Source of the DNA: Bacillota bacterium
GTDB lineage: Bacteria; Bacillota; Bacilli; Alicyclobacillales; SLC66
NCBI GenBank assembly: GCA_021799325.1
Contig: JAJZAS010000001.1
Coordinates: forward strand, 1-27,617
Direction: 5' to 3'
Length of the DNA: 27,617 nt
The notes beneath the pieces were generated by a model. That model worked only from the letters and a program-made list of their open reading frames with translations. It did no database searches and had not been told where the DNA came from. Position numbers and translations under genes: made by a program. Positions 8,416 to 17,357 of the stretch are shown one piece after another. Each line of letters opens with the position of its first letter. Within the stretch, counting starts at the first letter, position 1.

Positions 8416-8745
8416 ATGCTCAAAGAGCAACCGACACTGAGAGATTGTCAGGAGTTTCATGAGTGGTTGGACAAGGAGAAGGGGTTTTCAAGGGAGTTGC
8501 CCCTGAACGTCATGTTGCTCGTAGAGGAAGTGGGAGAAGTAGCGAAAGAGATCCGTCGCATCGAATATGCGATTCGCGATCCTCAAAAAATTCATGTAGT
8601 GGAAAAGGCGAGAGACCATTTGCGTGAAGAATTAGCCGATTGCCTTGCTTATATTGTGAAACTTGCAAACTATACGGATATTGATCTCGAACAGGCATAC
8701 GTGCAAAAAATGCGTTATAACATTCAGCGTGAATGGGTGGAGTAA
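8416..8745 (+). CDS. MazG-like nucleoside triphosphate pyrophosphohydrolase (single domain), about 109 aa
   Basis: LVEEVGEVAKEI...EELADCLAY (EExxE...EExxD). ATG 8416 follows AGGTGG; GTG 8404 is an alternative start. Confidence 0.88.
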   Translation: MLKEQPTLRDCQEFHEWLDKEKGFSRELPLNVMLLVEEVGEVAKEIRRIEYAIRDPQKIHVVEKARDHLREELADCLAYIVKLANYTDIDLEQAYVQKMRYNIQREWVE

Positions 8746-8747
8746 AG

Positions 8748-9632
8748 ATGAAAATCAGAAAAGCGGTAATTCCAGCAGCCGGTATGGGAACCCGGTTTTT
8801 GCCTGCGACCAAGGCGCAGCCTAAGGAAATGTTGCCTTTGGTGGACAAACCTGCGATTCAGTACATCGTCGAGGAAGCCGTGGAATCGGGAATTGAGGAT
8901 ATCCTGGTTGTCACTGGTCGGTTCAAGCGCGCCATTGAGGATCATTTTGACCGTTCGATGGAACTAGAAATGCACTTAGCCGAGCACGAAAAGCACGAAG
9001 TGTTGGAAGTTGTTCAGCAAATTTCCAACCTTGCCAATATCCACTACATACGACAACCGGAATTACTTGGACTCGGACATGCAATTTTTATGGCGAGGTC
9101 GTTTGTTGGCAATGAACCTTTTGCTGTCCTGCTAGGAGATGACATTATCCATTCAGAGGTGCCCGCACTGGTACAATTGCTCGATGTCTATGAGAAAGCA
9201 CAAACTTCAGTGGTGGGTGTTCAAGAAGTACCGTGGGAGAACGTGTCCAGTTATGGCATTATTTCTGGGAAAAGCACAGATGGAATCAAGTACGAAATTA
9301 ATGATCTGGTAGAAAAGCCATCGCTTCAGGATGCTCCGTCTAACCTCGCTATCGTTGGCAGGTATATCATTCATCCTAGTATTTTTTCGATTCTGGCGGA
9401 TACGGCGCCGGGGAAACAAGGCGAGATCCAAATTACGGATGCGCTTTACACACAAATGCAATTGGAAGGACTGCATGCCTGCAAGATTGAAGGGCTGCGT
9501 TTTGATATTGGAGATAAACTTGGTTATATCAAAGCGACGATTGGCCTGGCACTCACCAGACCAGACATGCGTGAACCAGTTCTTCACTATATACAGACCT
9601 TGCTTGCGAGCGAGCAAAGAAAAGAGGTCTGA
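8748..9632 (+). CDS. galU: UTP--glucose-1-phosphate uridylyltransferase, 294 aa
   Basis: KAVIPAAGMGTRFLPATKAQPKEMLP, LGLGHA, VEKP, GEIQITDA, DIGDKLGY. Start moved to ATG 8748, after SD GGAG. Confidence 0.97.
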   Translation: MKIRKAVIPAAGMGTRFLPATKAQPKEMLPLVDKPAIQYIVEEAVESGIEDILVVTGRFKRAIEDHFDRSMELEMHLAEHEKHEVLEVVQQISNLANIHYIRQPELLGLGHAIFMARSFVGNEPFAVLLGDDIIHSEVPALVQLLDVYEKAQTSVVGVQEVPWENVSSYGIISGKSTDGIKYEINDLVEKPSLQDAPSNLAIVGRYIIHPSIFSILADTAPGKQGEIQITDALYTQMQLEGLHACKIEGLRFDIGDKLGYIKATIGLALTRPDMREPVLHYIQTLLASEQRKEV

Positions 9633-9635
9633 GTC

Positions 9636-11339
9636 GTGGAAAGTCAAGCGCAGTTCCTGCGGACACTAAGAGGGTTGGATGGTAAGCCCTACAGCGGCTA
9701 TAAAGCCTTAAAAGGTGAGTATCATCTGGGGTTTTACAGTCTTGCTATAGATTACGTCCAGTCTGATCCATTTGCCCCGCCAACGAGAATTCGGGCAAAA
9801 TTGCCAATGGACCTGTTACGGCTTTCTGCGAATGACATCAGTTCCCTTGAACAAAAAATAGCCACAGAAGATTTTTTAACAAGAAGGTTGGCTGCCGCTC
9901 TCTCGGAACTTGGCGCAAAACGCAGAGGAAGCGGCCGAAGTGGCTCCATTTTGATCGCGGTTCCTGGACAGGTGGTACTAGGGCGAAGCAGTGTGCTCAT
10001 CACTCCAGAGACTATTGAAGTGCGAATGTCGATAGGACTTCCTGCTAATGGGAGGCGTATTAGGGCAAAAGATGCGGAAGCCATGCTGCTTGAAGATTTG
10101 CCCTTTCTTTTTGAATCGGCTTTTTCAAGGTCTGCTTTTCCATATGATCAACTTTCCTCTCATACCCAGCTGTACATGGATCAATGTGCACTGCGCAGGT
10201 CGTTGACAGATTCAGGACTAATCGCATTTATTGGCGAGGGATCGATTTTGGCGCGCAGAAGTGGTGTCAGTGATTTGCCGATGGATGAAGCGATGGCGGT
10301 ACCGTTTAAGAGTCCGGACAGTTTGCGAGTGGTGAAAAAACTTCCAAGTGGTCGCACCGTTAGTGGAATGGGCATCAAACAAGGCGTGACACTCATTGTT
10401 GGCGGCGGCTTTCACGGAAAGAGCACGCTGCTTCACGCGATTGAGCAAGGCGTTTACAATCACGTCGAGGGAGACGGGAGAGAGTGGTGCATCACGAATT
10501 CGCAAGCGGTAAAGATCCGTGCGGAAGATGGGCGCAGGGTGAGTCGCGTAGACATTTCCGGGTTCATCAACCACTTGCCAAGAGGCAGGTCGACCACCAC
10601 ATTTAGCACACAGGATGCCAGCGGGTCGACCTCTCAGTCTGCCGCCATCGTCGAGGCGATTGAACTCGGAGCCACTGCTCTCTTGATGGATGAAGATACT
10701 TGCGCGACGAATTTCATGATCCGCGATGCAAGGATGCAAAAATTAATTGTAAAAGAAAAAGAACCTATCACGCCGTTTGTCGATCGTGTTCGTGAACTGT
10801 ACGATCAGCTTGGCGTTTCCACGGTTCTCGTCATCGGAGGTTCCGGAGATTACCTTGATGTGGCCAACGTGGTCATTGATATGGATGAGTATCGCCCCTA
10901 TGATTTTACTGAAAAAGCGAAGCAAGTGTCCGAGCAACTTCCCGTGTCAAGACAAAAAGAAGTGACTGCCCCTCTAAATCCGATTCGTGCGAGACATCCC
11001 CACCCCCAAAATTTGCGGAATCACTTAGAACGAATTGAGGCAAAAGCCTTTCCTACACTTCACGTTGGCGATGAATTTGTGGATCTCAGTGCGCTTGAGC
11101 AGATGGTGGACGAGGGTCAATTGCGCGCGATTGCAGCGCTCATGCGCTATGCTCTCCATTCCTATGTGGATGGGTCTGTTCCGCTTCGAACAGTGGTGGA
11201 AAAGTCCATTCAACAGGTTCTGAATCACGGATTTGAATCGATCAGTTCAAATGAAGGTTGTTCAGGGTTCTATACGCTTCCTAGGGCGCTTGAGCTTGGG
11301 ATGGCTTGGAATCGGGTGCGATCACTCACAATACGATAA
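9636..11339 (+). CDS. Stand-alone ABC-class ATPase domain protein (ABC_ATPase family), 567 aa
   Basis: YVQSDPFAPP N-terminal motif, Walker A GGGFHGKST, IRAEDGR, ASGSTSQ, Walker B LLMDEDTCATNFM. No TM segments. Confidence 0.88.
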   Translation: MESQAQFLRTLRGLDGKPYSGYKALKGEYHLGFYSLAIDYVQSDPFAPPTRIRAKLPMDLLRLSANDISSLEQKIATEDFLTRRLAAALSELGAKRRGSGRSGSILIAVPGQVVLGRSSVLITPETIEVRMSIGLPANGRRIRAKDAEAMLLEDLPFLFESAFSRSAFPYDQLSSHTQLYMDQCALRRSLTDSGLIAFIGEGSILARRSGVSDLPMDEAMAVPFKSPDSLRVVKKLPSGRTVSGMGIKQGVTLIVGGGFHGKSTLLHAIEQGVYNHVEGDGREWCITNSQAVKIRAEDGRRVSRVDISGFINHLPRGRSTTTFSTQDASGSTSQSAAIVEAIELGATALLMDEDTCATNFMIRDARMQKLIVKEKEPITPFVDRVRELYDQLGVSTVLVIGGSGDYLDVANVVIDMDEYRPYDFTEKAKQVSEQLPVSRQKEVTAPLNPIRARHPHPQNLRNHLERIEAKAFPTLHVGDEFVDLSALEQMVDEGQLRAIAALMRYALHSYVDGSVPLRTVVEKSIQQVLNHGFESISSNEGCSGFYTLPRALELGMAWNRVRSLTIR

Positions 11340-11422
11340 TGTAATTGATACGATCGGAAAAAGGTATTCTGCTGTCAATCGGGTACAGAAGCATTAGATC
11401 CACTCGAGAATGGGAGGAACCG

Positions 11423-12436
11423 ATGCTAATGACCCGGTTGAATGTATTTGTGGTAATCATATGTGTATTTTTGCTAGGCGGGTGTGGAATATCTACGCAG
11501 CATCTGCCGGATTCCATGCCAACCCCTACGACGGAAGGCAACATGACGCTTTATTGGGGGCCACAGGTTAAAGTACGTGCGTTGCAAATGATTCACAATA
11601 GCACTTATTTTTGCCATTTTAGTGTCTATGAGTTATCGGATGCGGACATTTTGAAGGCATTGGTGGATGCGAAAAATCGCGGTGTGGATGTGGAAGTGGT
11701 GGTGGACCAGACAGAGCAGCAGTCCCAGTCAGTGGCGGTGCCATTCTTAAAGGATGCAGGGGTAAAAGTGAGGTCATTGTCCATACCCAGTGGCATTTCG
11801 CATATCAAGTTACTTGTGGTCGACACGAAATCAGGAATGGAAAGCTTGATGGGCGGAATGAATTTTGGGCGGGAAAGTCTCTATAATCATGACGCTTCAG
11901 TATGGGTCAGGCATGCGCCAGGCAGTTATGAGGATGTGTTTCAACGGGATTATGCCTCTGCAGGGGGAATTTTGAATGTTGCTCCTGTGTACCCTGCCCC
12001 GATCATTGTGGACAGGCATATTGCACCGGTCATGCTCGATGCTATTGCTGAAGCGAAGAGGAACATTGAGATTGAGGCATTCGCATTGACGAGTAAGCCC
12101 TTTATCGCGGCACTGATGGCTGCCAAATCGAGAGGAGTCGAAGTCAAGGTGGTGCTGGATCCTCACGAATCTTATGACAGGAAAACCGCGAGTACGCTAA
12201 AAAAAGCAGGAATTGCAACTTGTTTTTATCGTCCGTTACAAGATGAACTTCTCCATGCCAAAATCATGTCAATCGATGATGGCCGTATTTTTTTTATCGG
12301 AAGCTCCAATTTTTCACGACAAGCGTTTGAAGTGAATCACGAAGGGGATATGGAATTGTTGCATGTCCCTCTTTTTGGGAAAAAACTCAATGAAGATATC
12401 CAACACATGTTTGAATCTGGTGGTGTGAGTGTTTAA
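11423..12436 (+). CDS. Phospholipase D-superfamily lipoprotein with two HKD motifs, 337 aa
   Basis: Hydrophobic signal with lipobox LLGGC, then HIKLLVVD...GGMN and HAKIMSID...GSSN. Start moved to ATG 11423, after SD GGGAGG. Confidence 0.88.
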   Translation: MLMTRLNVFVVIICVFLLGGCGISTQHLPDSMPTPTTEGNMTLYWGPQVKVRALQMIHNSTYFCHFSVYELSDADILKALVDAKNRGVDVEVVVDQTEQQSQSVAVPFLKDAGVKVRSLSIPSGISHIKLLVVDTKSGMESLMGGMNFGRESLYNHDASVWVRHAPGSYEDVFQRDYASAGGILNVAPVYPAPIIVDRHIAPVMLDAIAEAKRNIEIEAFALTSKPFIAALMAAKSRGVEVKVVLDPHESYDRKTASTLKKAGIATCFYRPLQDELLHAKIMSIDDGRIFFIGSSNFSRQAFEVNHEGDMELLHVPLFGKKLNEDIQHMFESGGVSV

Positions 12437-12438
12437 TC

Positions 12439-12984
12439 ATGAGTAGGAATTGGCGTTTTGTGACTTCCTTCGACCATCGTTTGGAAAGTGCTGCGACCCG
12501 TGTTCGGAAAAAATCATCTATGCTGGATGCTACGTTTGTCTTTTTTGCCCACTTTGGTCCGGCGCTGTTCTTTCTGGAGCTGTTCCTGCTAATTGTGTTT
12601 GCATTATCGAGGCATCAAGGAATCAAACACACCTTACTCTCAGTCTTGGTAGCGATGATGGCTGCAGTAACAACAAAATTAATCGTCGATCCCATAGCGT
12701 ACAAAATTGGCAGGAATCGCCCCTTTGTGACGTATCACTATAAGCCGCTATTATCGAAAAACGCACAGGATCCTTCTTTTCCGTCCAATCATGCAGGTGG
12801 AGCGCTGGCGCTCGCAACCGTACTTGTTGCGCAGTTTCCTCAAGTTGAGGTGATCACTATCCTGTTAGCCTTGTTGGTTATTCTCTCTAGGCTATATACA
12901 GGGCTCCACTATTTGTCTGATGTGATGGCCGGAGGATTGGTGGGATTTTTAGTAGCGATGGTTTATTTGTGGGTAATGAGATGA
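12439..12984 (+). CDS. PAP2-family membrane phosphatase (BcrC/undecaprenyl-PP phosphatase-like), 181 aa
   Basis: RNRPF (C1), SFPSNH (C2), SRLYTGLHYLSD (C3), and several TM segments. Confidence 0.88.
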   Translation: MSRNWRFVTSFDHRLESAATRVRKKSSMLDATFVFFAHFGPALFFLELFLLIVFALSRHQGIKHTLLSVLVAMMAAVTTKLIVDPIAYKIGRNRPFVTYHYKPLLSKNAQDPSFPSNHAGGALALATVLVAQFPQVEVITILLALLVILSRLYTGLHYLSDVMAGGLVGFLVAMVYLWVMR

Positions 12985-13029
12985 CAATAAAGGAGTAAAG
13001 TAAACATGGGTTAATCTGGAGGAGTAGGA

Positions 13030-13374
13030 TTGCAAAGACTTTTGGCAGCAACAGTTTTCTTGAACCTTGGTTTTTATTTGGTCACTCCTGATGTAAAAGC
13101 ATCTTCGTATACCATCAGCATCACGGATGAACGGATCGTCCCTAATGTGATCGCGGTTTCTGCGAATGAAAAAGCACACTTCACCATCCATAATTATGGG
13201 AAGAAAACACACAATTTTGTGTTGCCTGCATTTTACATTTTTACACCGAATTTATCTCCCCAAGAGGGTACTACCGTTGAATTTGTTCCAGAAAAAAAAG
13301 GGATGTTTTCATTCTACTCAGATACAGGGGGGAAACCTGAACCTGGTCTTTCTGGAACTATGCAGGTGAAGTAA
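13030..13374 (+). CDS. Secreted cupredoxin-like domain protein lacking canonical type-1 copper ligands, 114 aa
   Basis: TTG start after GGAGG, signal peptide, and the PNVIAV...HNF...VEFVP..KGMFSFY pattern. The ligand loop reads FYSDTGGKPEPGLSG instead of C-x-H-x-M. Confidence 0.7.
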   Translation: MQRLLAATVFLNLGFYLVTPDVKASSYTISITDERIVPNVIAVSANEKAHFTIHNYGKKTHNFVLPAFYIFTPNLSPQEGTTVEFVPEKKGMFSFYSDTGGKPEPGLSGTMQVK

Positions 13375-13420
13375 GCCTCGTGTTATGATGAATATAGATG
13401 GGATTGGTGATTTGGACCAA

Positions 13421-13493
13421 CCTGAGAGGGGGCTGTCCTTTCGAATAACTAAACCTGGTTCATGAGGAATCAGAAAGGGCAGTCCCAGTCAGG
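13421..13493 (+). other. Imperfect stem-loop between the convergent cupredoxin-like and hinT genes
   Basis: GGGGCTGTCCTTTC (13429-13442) pairs with GAAAGGGCAGTCCC (13473-13486) using two G-U pairs, and CCTGA (13421-13425) pairs with TCAGG (13489-13493). The loop is about 30 nt and there is no U-tract. Confidence 0.45.
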
Positions 13494-13501
13494 GCAGCGA
13501 A

Positions 13502-13843
13502 TCAACCTAGTTTGATATCGAGGTCACGACCGCCGATCACATGAAAATGTTGGTGAAAGACAGATTGTCCAGCGGATCTTCCTTTGTTGGTTAACACGCG
13601 GAATCCCGTTTCTGCAACTCCGGTGACACGTGCTACTTCTTGGATGGCATGGATTAGTTCCACTATAAGTTCGGTCTCCGATACCGGAATTTCCATCAGG
13701 GAATCATAGTGGGCCTTGGGAATGACGAGGACGTGGACAGGAGCCACTTTATTGATGTCTTCAAAGGCTACCACCAGTTCGGATTCATAAACCTTTTTTG
13801 AGGGAATCTCGCCTTGTACAATTTTGCAAAATATGCAATCCAT
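13502..13843 (-). CDS. hinT: Histidine triad nucleotide-binding protein (HinT/HIT family), 113 aa
   Basis: MDCIFCKI (Zn CxxC), PVHVLVIPKAH, GQSVFHQHFHVIGG (HxHxH). Start moved to ATG 13843, after SD AGGCGG. Confidence 0.92.
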   Translation of the reverse strand: MDCIFCKIVQGEIPSKKVYESELVVAFEDINKVAPVHVLVIPKAHYDSLMEIPVSETELIVELIHAIQEVARVTGVAETGFRVLTNKGRSAGQSVFHQHFHVIGGRDLDIKLG

Positions 13844-13908
13844 ATTTTCCCGCCTTTCATCAATGTTCATTTTTTAAAAATCATATCAAAGTAAAGGAGA
13901 TTCGCCAA

Positions 13909-14796
13909 ATGTCAAGTAGTGAACCAATGAATGGGACGGAGTGGCAAGAAGGAGTGGCATATGCAAGGGGGAGGTTTGTGGCACCAGCGGAAGCCGTAAT
14001 TCCGATTGATGACCGAGCCCATCAGTTTGGCGATGGCATTTACGAAGTGATTCGCGTGGTCAGGGGGCGTCCATTATTGATGGATTATCACATGGAGCGC
14101 TTTGAAACCAGCGCCAATGCCATTAAATTGCGCTTAGACCGTTCCATGGAGGAATTGCGTCAGTTGGTACTTGAGGCGATTTCCCGATCTGGCTACTCCG
14201 ATGCGCAGGTGTATTTTCAATTATCAAGGGGGCTTGCTAGACGAGAACATGCTTTTCCTAATATTCCAAGCCATCTTTCACTAACCGTTCGCGAAATGGA
14301 CGATTCAGCATTTGATGGAGTTCGCGAGCATGGGCTCAGCATGACTTGGACAGATGATATCAGATGGAAGTTATGCTACATAAAATCGCTCAATCTGCTG
14401 CCCAATGTGATGGCAAAACAAGCGGCCCTCGACGCTGGCTATCAGGACGCGATATTTGTGCGAGACGGATTTGTCACCGAGTGCACCAGTAGCAATATTG
14501 CTATTGTCAAAGGACAAACCGTGTATACGCATCCTGCCAATGAGAGGGTGTTGCACGGTGTTACCCGTCGTTTTGCCCTGGAATACCTAAGAGAGGCGGG
14601 AGTGGAAGTTCGGGAAGAAATGTTTACGATGGAGGAATTGATGCAAGCTGATGAGGTATTCACTATGAGCACCATCACTGAATTTGCTCCTGTCGTGAAA
14701 GTGAACGGCACTGATGTGGGGAATAGGACAAAATCAAAAGGCAGTATGCTTCGCCAATTACAATCTGCGTATCAAGCGCAAATCAAGCAAAATTAA
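13909..14796 (+). CDS. dat: D-amino-acid aminotransferase (PLP fold type IV), 295 aa
   Basis: IDDRAHQFGDGIYEVIR, IKSLNLLPNVMAKQ (PLP Lys), VTECTSSN, LHGVTR. Start moved to ATG 13909, after SD AAGGAG. Confidence 0.85.
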   Translation: MSSSEPMNGTEWQEGVAYARGRFVAPAEAVIPIDDRAHQFGDGIYEVIRVVRGRPLLMDYHMERFETSANAIKLRLDRSMEELRQLVLEAISRSGYSDAQVYFQLSRGLARREHAFPNIPSHLSLTVREMDDSAFDGVREHGLSMTWTDDIRWKLCYIKSLNLLPNVMAKQAALDAGYQDAIFVRDGFVTECTSSNIAIVKGQTVYTHPANERVLHGVTRRFALEYLREAGVEVREEMFTMEELMQADEVFTMSTITEFAPVVKVNGTDVGNRTKSKGSMLRQLQSAYQAQIKQN

Positions 14797-14849
14797 TGAT
14801 TGCTGAGGATAACTACCAAGACTAATCGATCTTTTTACAAAAAAGAAAA

Positions 14850-14865
14850 TTGACCAATCAGTCAA
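14850..14865. promoter_or_regulatory. Palindrome TTGAC-N6-GTCAA, candidate TetR-family operator overlapping a -35-like TTGACC upstream of fadN
   Basis: TTGACCAATCAGTCAA is directly visible. Its reverse complement matches the site at 21886-21901 at 12/16 positions. Confidence 0.5.
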
Positions 14866-14932
14866 AAAGTGATATTTATTGTGATAGAGACTTTGATTCA
14901 TAGTAAGCAGGAAGCTAAGGAGGTTGATTTGC

Positions 14933-17326
14933 GTGCGACCGATTCGGCGAGCAGCCGTTTTAGGCTCTGGGGTGATGGGAGCCGCCATTGCGGGCCATCT
15001 TGCTAATGTTGGCATTCCGAGCCTGCTCCTTGATATTGTTCCGAAGGAGCTGACACCAGAGGAACAGAAGAAAGGCTTGACACTTGAGCATCGTATGGTG
15101 AGAAATCGCATTGCGGAATATGGAAAAACAGGGCTTTTAAAAGCAAAACCGGCACCGCTATTCCAACCGGAAACAGCAGCATTGATAGAAGTGGGTAATT
15201 TTGAAGATGATTTTGCACGGATAAGTGAATGCGATTGGATCATTGAAGTAGTGGTAGAAAATCTGGCAGTGAAGCAAAGCGTGCTCGCGCGAGTTGATGA
15301 GTTTCGTTCCTCAGGTTCGATCGTCAGTTCCAACACTTCCGGCGTCTCGATTACTGCAATGTCCGAGGGTAGGTCAGAGGATTTCCTGAAGCATTTTCTT
15401 GGCACCCATTTTTTCAATCCCCCGCGTTACATGAAGTTGTTGGAGATCATCCCGACCTCACACACTCTTCCTGATGTCGTAAATGGCATGCAGGAATTTG
15501 CGGAAGTGGTGCTTGGCAAAGGAGTGGTGTTGGCAAAGGACACTCCGAATTTTATTGCCAACCGCATAGGGACGTACGGATTGTTAGTGACGCTCCAGGA
15601 AATGAAGAAGACGAGTTTTGGCGTTGATGAAGTGGACTTGTTGACAGGACCAGTACTGGGCCGTCCAAAGAGTGCCACTTTTAGAACCCTCGACATTGTG
15701 GGACTCGACACTTTCGTTCATGTCGCGCGCAATGTACTTGAAAATACGAATGATCCAGAAGAAAAATCAGTATTTGAAGTTCCTTCCGAACTACTGCAAA
15801 TGGTGGAAAAAGGCTGGATCGGCGATAAGCGCGGCCAGGGCTTTTTTAAACGCGAAAAAACGCAAAGCGGTCGTGAGATTCTTGCGCTTGATCTGACGAC
15901 GATGGATTATCGCCCGCGCCGCAAGCTGGCTTCCGCATCATTTGAAGCGGCAAGAAACGCGAGTAATCTAAACGATAAATTGAAAGCGCTTGTCTACGGT
16001 AAGGACCCGGCGAGCGTGTTTATCTGGAACGTGCTGAAGCGAGTTCTTATCTACAGCGCCAACATGTTGGGGCAAATTGCAGATACCGTCACCGCAATCG
16101 ACGATGCCATGAAATGGGGTTTCAACTGGGAACTCGGCCCCTTTGAGACATGGGATGCGATTGGCGTCGAGAAGTCCGTTAAGCGGATGCAGGAAGAAGG
16201 GGATACCATTCCCGGCTTCGTGCTCGAAATGCTGAAAAACGGCAAGACGTTTTATGACCGCAGCAAACCGGGCTATCGCGTCTTTTTTAACGGTGCGAGC
16301 TTTGTTTCTGCGCCAAACGATGTACGTAAAATTGACCTTGCCGCATTAAAGGAAAGCGGCAAGAAAGTGTTTGGCAATAACGGTGCCAGCCTGATTGATC
16401 TCGGGGATGGGGTCGCGTGTCTGGAACTTCACTCACCGAAGCAGGCGATTGGTGCTGACATCATCAACATGATGTACAAATCAGCCGATGAAGTGGAGAA
16501 AAATTTTGAGGCATTGGTGATTGGCAGCGAAGAAGTCAATTTCTCTGTGGGCGCCAACCTGATGCTCATGTTGATGGAAGCCCAGGATGATAATTGGGAC
16601 GAAATCAATCTCGTGATCAAACAATTCCAATATGCGAATATGCGGATGAAATATTTGAAAATACCCGTGGTGGCAGCGCCTTATGGACTAACGCTTGGAG
16701 GCGGCACGGAAATTGCAGTTTCGACGCATGCCGTGCAGGCTTCGGCTGAAACCTATATGGGGCTCGTCGAAGTTGGCGTAGGACTCATCCCTGGTGGTGG
16801 TGGCAACAAGGAACTACTTATTCGCATGATGGAAAAAGCGCCAACTGGTGTTGATATCCCTGTGATGCCGCTCGTCCAGCAAGCGTTTGAAACGATTGCG
16901 CTAGCCAAAGTATCGACAAGCGCAAGGGATGCGCAGAAACTCGGCCACCTGCGACCTACGGACGGTGTGACGGTGGGACGCGATTACCTGCTTTACGATG
17001 CAAAACAGAAGGCGCTCTCCATGGCAAAGAACTTTGTGCCCAAAAATCCAGCAAAGATCAAGGTACAAGGGGAAAATGGCGCTGCGCTTCTGAAGATTGG
17101 CGTGTTTGGAATGAAAAAGAGCGGATATTTGAGCGACCACGATGAAAAGATCGCCAAGCACTTAATTCGCGTGTTGACAGGCGGAAGTGTGGCGGAAGGA
17201 ACCATGGTGAGCGAAGACTACCTGCTTGATCTCGAGAGGGAAGCGTTCCTTTCGTTGATTGGCGAACCGAAAACGCAAGCGAGAATGCAGCACATGTTGC
17301 AAAAAGGCAAACCACTTCGCAACTAA
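14933..17326 (+). CDS. fadN: 3-hydroxyacyl-CoA dehydrogenase / enoyl-CoA hydratase fusion, 797 aa
   Basis: Rossmann [31 protein letters not shown], and a C-terminal crotonase domain ([20 protein letters not shown]). GTG 14933 follows SD AAGGAGG. Confidence 0.93.
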   Translation: MRPIRRAAVLGSGVMGAAIAGHLANVGIPSLLLDIVPKELTPEEQKKGLTLEHRMVRNRIAEYGKTGLLKAKPAPLFQPETAALIEVGNFEDDFARISECDWIIEVVVENLAVKQSVLARVDEFRSSGSIVSSNTSGVSITAMSEGRSEDFLKHFLGTHFFNPPRYMKLLEIIPTSHTLPDVVNGMQEFAEVVLGKGVVLAKDTPNFIANRIGTYGLLVTLQEMKKTSFGVDEVDLLTGPVLGRPKSATFRTLDIVGLDTFVHVARNVLENTNDPEEKSVFEVPSELLQMVEKGWIGDKRGQGFFKREKTQSGREILALDLTTMDYRPRRKLASASFEAARNASNLNDKLKALVYGKDPASVFIWNVLKRVLIYSANMLGQIADTVTAIDDAMKWGFNWELGPFETWDAIGVEKSVKRMQEEGDTIPGFVLEMLKNGKTFYDRSKPGYRVFFNGASFVSAPNDVRKIDLAALKESGKKVFGNNGASLIDLGDGVACLELHSPKQAIGADIINMMYKSADEVEKNFEALVIGSEEVNFSVGANLMLMLMEAQDDNWDEINLVIKQFQYANMRMKYLKIPVVAAPYGLTLGGGTEIAVSTHAVQASAETYMGLVEVGVGLIPGGGGNKELLIRMMEKAPTGVDIPVMPLVQQAFETIALAKVSTSARDAQKLGHLRPTDGVTVGRDYLLYDAKQKALSMAKNFVPKNPAKIKVQGENGAALLKIGVFGMKKSGYLSDHDEKIAKHLIRVLTGGSVAEGTMVSEDYLLDLEREAFLSLIGEPKTQARMQHMLQKGKPLRN

Positions 17327-17357
17327 CGATAGCGATGAGGAAGAGGAGGTTAACGCG

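Noticed and set aside
8416-13843. Anti-phage defence system reading of MazG + ATPase + PLD + HIT
   Set aside because: These domains occur in defence systems, but here they are interleaved with housekeeping galU and PAP2. The PLD is a secreted lipoprotein, hinT is on the opposite strand and looks like ordinary HinT, and there are no mobility genes or obvious compositional shift.
14830-14845. CTTTTT/AAAAAG inverted repeat after dat as a terminator
   Set aside because: The stem is almost entirely A-T and is too weak to call.
14758-15417. 219-aa minus-strand ORF, plus the many other 60-180 aa ORFs overlapping assigned genes
   Set aside because: These are shadow frames of well-supported genes, with no motifs or SDs.
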